Shown: piece by piece, positions 57,543-64,000 of the stretch
Position numbering within the stretch: the first letter of the stretch is position 1
Layout of the letters: each line of letters opens with the position of its first letter
Assembly: GCA_030689595.1 (NCBI GenBank)
Contig: JAUYHP010000008.1
Location: 32,589-96,588 of the forward strand
Direction of reading: 5' to 3'
Source of the DNA: a bacterium
GTDB lineage: Bacteria > Patescibacteriota > Minisyncoccia > UBA6257 > WO2-44-18
Length of the DNA stretch: 64,000 nt
Position numbers and translations under genes: made by a program
Notes under the pieces: generated by a model
Databases searched by the model: none
The model's input: only the letters and a program-made list of their open reading frames with translations
Told to the model about the DNA's origin: nothing

Positions 57543-58514
57543 ATGACAAAAGCTGACAGCGATAATAAAAAAGTTACAATTCTTCCTCATCTAGATGACT
57601 TTTTATTACACCTACAGAGTAATAACTATTCACCCAAAACCGTATATAATTACGAACGCGACCTAATAGTATTTGATGGCTTCCTACAGGATGACCTAGG
57701 CCTAAAAGACTTCCAAGATGCCTCAAAACAGGCTCTAGAACGGTATAAGGCGTATCTGATGTCTACTGACCGTAAAACAGCCCGTAAAACGCAAAATAAG
57801 GCCAATTTAGGGGCCTATTCACGCAACCGACACCTATCAGCCCTCAGGAGCTATCTTAAGTACTTAATTGACGGGGACTATAAGACCCCGATCGTCCCAG
57901 AGAACATAAAGCTAATCAAAACTGACAAAAAGATAGCCAAAGTGGCCGAGCTGCAAGACTTAATCAAATTGATTGAATCCCCCACCAAATTTGAAAAAAA
58001 TCCAATCATAGCTAAGCGCAATCGCGCCATGTTAGAAGTTTTATTTGCTACCGGTTTACGTATTTCCGAATTAGTTAATCTCAAAAAAAATCAGATCGAT
58101 AGGGAAGGCAAGATTTTTGTTTTGGGCAAAGGCAAAAAAGAAAGATTTGTTTATTTGACCCCTAGAGCCATAAAATATTTAAAAATATATTTAACCGAAC
58201 GCAACGATGACTCCCCTCACCTATTCATTTCTTATCGCGGCAAAAGAGCGCCAACGCAAGATCATCATGTGTCGCCAAATTATTTACAAGAAAAAATAAA
58301 AAAATACCGAGAGATTCTTGGCATCAATGTGCCAACTAGCGCCCACTCACTCCGCCACGGCTTTGCCACCTATCTGGCCGAAAAAGGCGCCAGCCCTGCC
58401 GCCATTCAAATACTTTTGGGTCACGAGTCTTTAGACACTACCACTCGCTATGTCCACGCCTCGCATCGCTTCGCCAAAAAAACTCACCAGAAATTTCATC
58501 CACTGAAAGATTAA
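57543..58514 (+). CDS. Tyrosine site-specific recombinase (XerC/XerD/integrase family)
   Basis: C-terminal HSLRHGFAT...LLGHESLDTTTRYVH (R-H-R-Y catalytic set), and N-terminal SAM-like core-binding domain. Confidence 0.85.
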   Translation: MTKADSDNKKVTILPHLDDFLLHLQSNNYSPKTVYNYERDLIVFDGFLQDDLGLKDFQDASKQALERYKAYLMSTDRKTARKTQNKANLGAYSRNRHLSALRSYLKYLIDGDYKTPIVPENIKLIKTDKKIAKVAELQDLIKLIESPTKFEKNPIIAKRNRAMLEVLFATGLRISELVNLKKNQIDREGKIFVLGKGKKERFVYLTPRAIKYLKIYLTERNDDSPHLFISYRGKRAPTQDHHVSPNYLQEKIKKYREILGINVPTSAHSLRHGFATYLAEKGASPAAIQILLGHESLDTTTRYVHASHRFAKKTHQKFHPLKD

Positions 58515-58550
58515 AATAAAAATCCCATAGTAGTGTGAATAATGGTATAT

Positions 58551-58580
58551 AAAAAAAAACCCGAACCACTTGGTTCGGGG
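58551..58580 (-). terminator. Rho-independent terminator for the minus-strand gdh-ychF-adk-map transcript
   Basis: On the minus strand: CCCGAACCA-AG-TGGTTCGGG then TTTTTTTTT. Confidence 0.65.
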
Positions 58581-58690
58581 TTGATGCTACTTGGCCGAGG
58601 TTGTCATCAGAAACAAGCTCAACCAGTGCCGTTTCTGGTGCCCCTTCTGGAGCACGACGACACCTGCCCACTGCTCCACCGCCTTTCCTG

Positions 58691-58795
58691 TCTGCCAGGC
58701 AAGGCCGAGGAACTGAACGACATCCCCGCCAGCTTTCTGCCAGGCAAGGCCGAGGCCCTGCACGGCATCCGCACTAGCACTCTGCCAGGCCATGA
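58691..58795. repeat. GC-rich 45-bp tandem repeat (about 2.3 copies)
   Basis: CTGCCAGGCAAGGCCGAGG recurs at 58691 and 58736, and a partial copy at 58781. Local GC is about 60%, against a roughly 42% background. Confidence 0.6.
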
Positions 58796-58901
58796 CTACC
58801 TCCAATACAACGGTGGACAGTGAAGTGATTAAACTTTGTTTAGGTACTGGGGCTAGTATATCATAAATATGTGAGGTTTGTCAAGGGGGACAAGTATTAA
58901 C

Positions 58902-59660
58902 TCACTTAGTTAATATCTCGACACCATTTTTAGTTATGGCTACTGTATGTTCAAAATGAGCCGATAAGCTACCATCGGCAGTAGCATAACTGTCGTCGTC
59001 TAGTTGGATAACTTCAGAGGTGCCAATGGCTACCATGGGTTCTATGGCAATCACCAAGCCAGGCTCAATTTTAAAACCACTCCCCTTTTGGCCCTCATTG
59101 AAAACTGATGGCTCCTCGTGCAGTTCTTTGCCAATTCCATGACCAGTTAACCCCTCCGATATATGCAATCCTTGAGCTTTAACATAACTACTTATGGCAT
59201 AGCCAATATCGCCCAACTTATTACCTACTTTTGCGGCGGCCACTCCCCTGTTCAATGCTTCGCGGGTAGTGTCAATTAATTTTTGTGCCTCAATAGAGAT
59301 TTCACCTATCGGTACAGTCCAGGCGGCATCGGCATTATAGCCATCGTAATTAACGCCAAAATCTAATTTCAAGATATCACCTGGCTTCAATAAATGCTCT
59401 CGCGGCACACCATGAACAATAACCTCATTGACTGAAGCGCAGATAGAACAGGGGTACGGCTTGATGGCGCCATAAGGCTGATAATTTAAGAATGACGGTT
59501 TGGCGCCGGCTTTTTCTATAAGATTTCTGGCGATAGTATCTAGATATTTTAATTTCACACCCGGCTTAGCCAATTCCAATATCTGCTTGGCGGTTGCGGC
59601 CAGAATCCTCCCGGCCTTTCTCATAATTTCAATCTCTTCTGGGGTTTTAATATGAATCAT
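58902..59660 (-). CDS. map: Methionine aminopeptidase type I
   Basis: Metal ligands are in the expected context (D...D...H...E...E; HGIGKELHEEP). Confidence 0.9.
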   Translation of the reverse strand: MIHIKTPEEIEIMRKAGRILAATAKQILELAKPGVKLKYLDTIARNLIEKAGAKPSFLNYQPYGAIKPYPCSICASVNEVIVHGVPREHLLKPGDILKLDFGVNYDGYNADAAWTVPIGEISIEAQKLIDTTREALNRGVAAAKVGNKLGDIGYAISSYVKAQGLHISEGLTGHGIGKELHEEPSVFNEGQKGSGFKIEPGLVIAIEPMVAIGTSEVIQLDDDSYATADGSLSAHFEHTVAITKNGVEILTK

Positions 59661-59679
59661 ATATTTTTATAATCCCACT

Positions 59680-60369
59680 CTAAAGTTTTAGTTTCTTGGC
59701 AACAGAAGCATGCACCTTAAACGGCAATGGCATGCCATTAACTTTTGTGATTTTGTAGCCACGCTTTTTTAATCCAGCCAAAATAGGAAAAGTGCGCTCT
59801 TGATACTCTTTTATCCTTGTCTTGAAAACTGATGGATTGTCCACTGTACGCTTGATCAACTTACCACCACATAACGGACAAGTTTTGTGTTTATGTAATG
59901 CATCGCTATATAAAACTGCCGTAGCACACACCGAACAAACCATCCGATATTTATTTCTTTTGATAGAGGCGTTGGGGTCAATATCTAAGAAAACTGGATA
60001 AATGTTCTGCTTGCCATAAGCTTTCTCCAAAACGCGCACTAGGCCAGTATGTTTATTATCGCCAAAGGCCTCAAACATTGTTCGTGGAGAACCACTAAAT
60101 ACAATATTAAATCCGGCCCTAGCTATCTCCTTAGCTTTGTTGGCCGTAACTTTTAATACAAAACTTGGCGTCATTAAAGCGCCGGAGTCAAATAGCTTGC
60201 CCTCACGTTGAATAATTCTATTTTTTTTATTACTCGGGTCGTGGACTAACTGCTCCAAATAGCGGCCAGTATCAAAATGGGTAAAGCCTTTTCGCCCAGT
60301 CAAAAGATTGGCTTGAGTGCCTTTCCCTGCCCCCGGTGGGCCATAAAATATAACTGCTATCTTCGCCAT
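59680..60369 (-). CDS. adk: Adenylate kinase with Zn-lid
   Basis: GPPGAGKGTQA P-loop; lid CSVCATA...CPLCGG. Confidence 0.9.
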   Translation of the reverse strand: MAKIAVIFYGPPGAGKGTQANLLTGRKGFTHFDTGRYLEQLVHDPSNKKNRIIQREGKLFDSGALMTPSFVLKVTANKAKEIARAGFNIVFSGSPRTMFEAFGDNKHTGLVRVLEKAYGKQNIYPVFLDIDPNASIKRNKYRMVCSVCATAVLYSDALHKHKTCPLCGGKLIKRTVDNPSVFKTRIKEYQERTFPILAGLKKRGYKITKVNGMPLPFKVHASVAKKLKL

Positions 60370-60409
60370 GTTCTATTTATTATATCTCTAATTGGATGAT
60401 TAACCAATT

Positions 60410-61417
60410 TTATCCGTGTCGGATCTCCATCACGTCCCCATCCTCAGCGACATATTCTTTGCCTTCGATTCTTAAAAAGCCCTTTTGGCGCGCTTGTGCC
60501 CAAGAACCGACTTCTAATAATTTTTGCCAATTTACAACCTCGGCTCGGATAAACTTCTTTTCAAAATCAGTATGGATAACTCCGGCGGCTTGCGGCGCTT
60601 TACTCCCCTGTCTGATTGTCCAGGCCCTGGTCTCATCTTTGCCAGTAGTGAAGAAGCTTATGAGCCCCAAGATCTCATACGACTTTTTGATTAGGGCCGA
60701 AAGATCTACGGATTGTGATAGGTCAGCAACTATATAATCGGCTCCAGAAGTTTTAATTTTTTCTATTAATTCTGGTGGCACATCGCCTTCTTGGCCATTT
60801 AATAAATACAGCTGTTTTTTAGTGGTCAAAAGGCTAAGACCCAACATTCTCACATTCTCGAGAATGTGAGAATGTTGCCACAAAGGTTCGCCCTTTTCTA
60901 AAAGCGACCTGGTCTCCCGTATGGTCTCTAAATCTTTCTTGGCTTGTTTATCGCCCGTCTTGGCCTCGCCCTCAACTCGCTTTAAAACTTTTTCAACGGT
61001 ATCCAAGTCTTTAAGAGCCAGCTCGGTATTGATTATTTCCATGTCCCTAATTGGATCAACTGAATTTTCTACATGAATAATCTCGCCGCTTTGAAAACAG
61101 CGCAAGACCATGATTATGGCATCAACCTCTCTAATGTGTGATAAAAACTGGTTGCCCAAACCTTCGCCTTTATTGGCCCCCCTAACTAAACCCGCAATGT
61201 CATAGAATTCTACAACCGCAGGGATTTTTTTGGCCGATTGGCTAAGCTCTGCCAATTTATCCACTCGCTCATCAGGCACAGGCACTATGCCGATATTGGG
61301 GTCAATGGTGGCAAATGGATAATTGGCAATATTAATCTCCAAATCTGTTATAGCCTTAAAAAGCGTCGATTTCCCGACGTTTGGCAGCCCGACTATACCG
61401 ATTGAAATATTAGCCAT
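60410..61417 (-). CDS. ychF: Ribosome-binding ATPase YchF, carrying an in-frame 36-bp palindromic insert
   Basis: [15 protein letters not shown]1 motif and a TGS-like C-terminus. Codons [13 protein letters not shown] are encoded exactly by the palindrome at 60843-60878. Confidence 0.85.
   Translation of the reverse strand: MANISIGIVGLPNVGKSTLFKAITDLEINIANYPFATIDPNIGIVPVPDERVDKLAELSQSAKKIPAVVEFYDIAGLVRGANKGEGLGNQFLSHIREVDAIIMVLRCFQSGEIIHVENSVDPIRDMEIINTELALKDLDTVEKVLKRVEGEAKTGDKQAKKDLETIRETRSLLEKGEPLWQHSHILENVRMLGLSLLTTKKQLYLLNGQEGDVPPELIEKIKTSGADYIVADLSQSVDLSALIKKSYEILGLISFFTTGKDETRAWTIRQGSKAPQAAGVIHTDFEKKFIRAEVVNWQKLLEVGSWAQARQKGFLRIEGKEYVAEDGDVMEIRHG
60843..60878. repeat. 36-bp perfect palindrome, intragenic copy
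   Basis: CAACATTCTCACATTCTCGAGAATGTGAGAATGTTG. Confidence 0.9.
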
Positions 61418-61525
61418 AGATTATGATACTTTAGCAGAAAATATTGAATAAAAAAACTCCCATCCGCGCTTATGGATGGGAGTTGGGGTGCTACTTGTCA
61501 TATGGGAACCCGCTTACATGATTTG

Positions 61526-62893
61526 TCAAGCTAAATGCTTCGCTTCGAAATGCGGCTTAGCGCGTTCGATAGACACAACGTAAGCAGCTTTGCGAAGATT
61601 TGTATCGAGTTGTTCGGCGCGACTAGTTACTTGCGTGGTAGCCTTATGCAACATATCACTCATAGCTGCCAATACTGCATCTTTGTCGGCCATTGGAACT
61701 CGGTCATCACGAATATTAACATTATGCGCCCATTCGAAATATGACACCACTACGCCACCGGCATTGGCCAAAATATCTGGCACAACAATGACGTTGTGTC
61801 TTTCTAAAATATCGTCAGCACGATTAGTCGTCGGCCCGTTAGCGCCTTCCAAGACAAATTCACAATTATCACCGATCACATCGGCATTGTTCTTATCAAT
61901 CACATTTTCTAAAGCCGCTGGTACAAAAACGTTGCACTTCAATGACATAAACTCCTCATGATTGATGCCAGAGGCATCAGCATAGCCATTAACACTGCGT
62001 AGTGTATTGTTGGGATTGTCATAAACGTATTGCCAAAGCTTATCAACATCAATTCCGCTCGGGCTATGGATAGCTCCATGCTCGTCGGAAATAGCAATAA
62101 CTTTATAACCGGCTTCTACAGCAAACTTGGCAAAATGCGCGCCAACATTGCCGAAGCCCATTACTTTAACCTCGCAACCATTTCTATCTTTGCCATAGAC
62201 ATCCAAAATCTTATTAAGCACTTGCACCAAGCCATAGCCAGTAGCTTCGGTTCGGCCCGGGATGCCGTCCAAATCTTCGCCAATTGGCTTACCAGTAACA
62301 ACTCCGGCAAAGCGAGCATCTTCGCGAGAACGACGCAGCCTAGCATAATACTGGCGGATCCAGTTCATAACCGTAGCATTAGTGCCAATATCAGGTGCTG
62401 GCACATCACGAAATGGCCCCAGAATATTTCTTTCATTCATAGCCTCAACTAAGGCCTCGGTAACCTTTTTGAGTTCTTGCGCGGAAAGTTCACGCGGATT
62501 GACGGCTACGCCGCCCTTGGCGCCACCCCATTTAATACCTAATAGCCAACACTTCAAGCTCATTTCCATAGCGTGGCCTTTCATCATCTCAACATTTACA
62601 GCCGGATGATACCTTAAACCGCCTTTGTGTGGCTTATCAGTGTGCGGCGATCTATGCCAAACTCGCACAGCTCGAAACTCTCTCAAGCTACCATCGTCCA
62701 TACGAACTTCAATATCGGACGCCCATTCCATTTTCACGCTACACAACTTATGTACCAGCCAATCATCTAAGTCTAAGATATTGGCCGCATCTTTAATGCG
62801 ATCAATGATATGATAGACATCGTTGTTTTCTTGAGCCATAGCAGACTCCCATTGCCGCGCCGTAGCCATGCCTGCCGGTAGGTAGTATGGCAT
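61526..62893 (-). CDS. gdhA: NAD(P)-specific glutamate dehydrogenase
   Basis: KWGGAKGGV (the GGxKGG lysine motif) and the GFGNVGAHFA Rossmann motif. The start is possibly an internal M. Confidence 0.85.
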   Translation of the reverse strand: MPYYLPAGMATARQWESAMAQENNDVYHIIDRIKDAANILDLDDWLVHKLCSVKMEWASDIEVRMDDGSLREFRAVRVWHRSPHTDKPHKGGLRYHPAVNVEMMKGHAMEMSLKCWLLGIKWGGAKGGVAVNPRELSAQELKKVTEALVEAMNERNILGPFRDVPAPDIGTNATVMNWIRQYYARLRRSREDARFAGVVTGKPIGEDLDGIPGRTEATGYGLVQVLNKILDVYGKDRNGCEVKVMGFGNVGAHFAKFAVEAGYKVIAISDEHGAIHSPSGIDVDKLWQYVYDNPNNTLRSVNGYADASGINHEEFMSLKCNVFVPAALENVIDKNNADVIGDNCEFVLEGANGPTTNRADDILERHNVIVVPDILANAGGVVVSYFEWAHNVNIRDDRVPMADKDAVLAAMSDMLHKATTQVTSRAEQLDTNLRKAAYVVSIERAKPHFEAKHLA

Positions 62894-62970
62894 AGGCGGG
62901 ACACAATTGAGTTATTTAAATATCAAGCTTCTGCCCTCATTCAATAAAATTAATGGGGGTGCGTCAACCC

Positions 62971-63018
62971 CCCACACAACATTCTCACATTCTCGAGAAT
63001 GTGAGAATGTTGTGTGGG
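62971..63018. repeat. 48-bp perfect palindrome (the 36-bp element extended by 6 bp on each side), preceded by a GGGGGT...ACCCCC hairpin
   Basis: CCCACACAACATTCTCACATTCTCGAGAATGTGAGAATGTTGTGTGGG, in the gdh upstream region. Confidence 0.9.
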
Positions 63019-63133
63019 AAGGCCGACTTGCTCCGTCACCTTAGCTTCGTGAAAGTTCATGGCAGGCCTCTAAGCAAAAATATCGGGGAAATAAAAAGGC
63101 CCCTCCGATGTTAATCAGAGGGGCCTACTCGGT

Positions 63134-63322
63134 ATGTATATAGGCGACCAATTGGGAGACGTAGTTGCTGCCAATAACGCCGGCTGGGTATCAGTCGCCT
63201 TTACCAAGGGCCTACACACTCGCGATAAGCTGGCCGAAGGACAACCCGATCATTGGATCAAAAAGCCTTCTAATATTTTGGGCCTACCGATTTTGAAAAA
63301 AGAAACTACGGATGACAAGTAA
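63134..63322 (+). pseudogene. C-terminal fragment of a HAD-superfamily hydrolase
   Basis: Only HAD motif IV (MYIGDQLGDVVAANNAGW) is present; the 62-aa ORF has no N-terminal catalytic motifs. Confidence 0.4.
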
Positions 63323-63335
63323 TTAACCATAAAAA

Positions 63336-63371
63336 TAACACCCGCGCTCTTAAAAGCGCGGGTGTTTTCTT
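63336..63371 (+). terminator. Rho-independent terminator
   Basis: ACACCCGCGC-TCTTAAAA-GCGCGGGTGT then TTTCTTG. Confidence 0.65.
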
Positions 63372-63434
63372 GATAAAATAATGTATTTGGGGTAGTCTAT
63401 GTTACGTACTTTAACAAAACTTTTAGGAGGTTCG

Positions 63435-64000
63435 CCATGCCCAAGCGTATTGTTTTGACCGGTGGCCCATGTGCAGGCAAAACTACTGCTAGAGCTTTCC
63501 TGTCTCGTAAGCTGGCTGATATGGACTGGAAGCCTATACTTGTTCCCGAGGTGGCAACTTTTATTATTGGAGCTGGCCTAAAGCCATGGGAATTAGAAAA
63601 TCATAAGATGCCCAGGTTTCAAGAATTGCTTTTGAATACACAGCTTATTTTTGAAAACTCAATTTTCAAAGACGTGACTGATATTTGGAATAATGACAAA
63701 AGAACGGTTGTTGTCTGTGATCGAGGCTGTATGGACGGTAAGGCATATATGGATAATGAAAATTTTGTAGCGATGTTGAGACACATGAAATTGGATGAAG
63801 TGGCTTTGCGAGATAGACGTTATGATGGCATCTTTCATCTAATCACCGCCGCCGATGGCGCAGAGAAGTTTTATAATCTTGATAACCCAGCTAGAACTGA
63901 TACGCCTGAACAAGCTCGCGAATTAGATAAAAAGACTCAAGCCGCTTGGACCGGAGCACCTCATTTGGTGGTAATCGATAACTCCACAGATTTTGATAAA
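63435..64000 (+). CDS. P-loop NTPase (AAA_28/NadR-kinase-like), 3'-truncated by the window edge
   Basis: AGGAGG RBS, then MPKRIVLTGGPCAGKTT Walker A. The frame is open to the end of the window. Confidence 0.55.

Noticed and set aside
58542-58823. Overlapping plus and minus ORFs (93 aa and 72 aa) in the GC-rich tandem-repeat island
   Set aside because: Mutually antisense, with a repeat-driven open frame, no RBS, and inside the 3'UTR of map. Treated as a repeat or remnant, not as genes.
1-64000. CRISPR arrays, rRNA genes, transposase/IS elements, reverse transcriptases
   Set aside because: No regularly spaced direct repeats with unique spacers, no rRNA-like conserved blocks, and no DDE/HUH transposase motifs were seen on either strand. 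The only recombinase is the tyrosine-type gene at 57543.

Overview
This window is a gene-dense, roughly 40-45% GC bacterial segment. Its hallmarks point to a small-genome Patescibacteria/CPR-like organism: the S10-spc ribosomal-protein cluster has no L30 between S5 and L15, L3 is shortened, L22 has a long Lys/Ala-rich tail, the PilB ATPase is minimal, and the window contains type IV pilus genes, a glycogen cluster with a GH57 enzyme, and many small secreted or membrane proteins. This taxonomic placement is an inference from gene content.

Layout of the window:
- 1-5112: glycogen cluster (two glgA paralogs, a GH57 enzyme and a GalT-like gene).
- 5132-7245: membrane proteins.
- 7258-8073: a GC-rich orphan gene.
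- 8211-10082: two ADP-heptose genes (hldD and the hldE kinase domain).
- 10457-20221: housekeeping and secreted-protein genes (FAD oxidase, nth, a thioesterase, a DsbA-like protein, an M23 peptidase, rplU).
- 20319-25862, minus strand: recR, dnaB, cysS, a CorA-like transporter and a saccharopine-dehydrogenase-family gene.
- 26017-27884: two orphan genes.
- 27925-29969: secreted cell-wall enzymes (a Gmad2-domain protein, a C39-like peptidase, an L,D-transpeptidase).
- 30401-34537: a DEAD-box helicase, typA and obg.
- 36091-36164: tRNA-Gln, followed by a structured tail and a terminator.
- 36227-40971: sod, then pilB, pilC, a pilin, and a pilin fused to an LVIVD-repeat beta-propeller.
- 41210-52482: tuf plus 20 ribosomal-protein genes, ending at secY.
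- 52483-58900: an unusual block immediately after secY. It holds a three-gene operon (small protein, a membrane-anchored TraG/VirD4-like ATPase, small protein), a PD-(D/E)xK nuclease, a palindrome-guarded promoter driving an unannotated 52-aa hydrophobic peptide, a tyrosine recombinase with a candidate 12-6-12 core site just upstream, and a GC-rich tandem-repeat remnant. This block separates secY from adk-map, which sit inverted on the minus strand together with ychF and gdh.

The most distinctive sequence-level signal is a 36-bp perfect palindrome with an XhoI site at its centre, CAACATTCTCACATTCTCGAGAATGTGAGAATGTTG. It occurs three times: a degenerate copy in a likely small-RNA locus at about 30 kb, an in-frame 12-codon copy inside ychF, and a copy extended to 48 bp upstream of gdh. 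This resembles in-frame palindromic elements of the RPE type.
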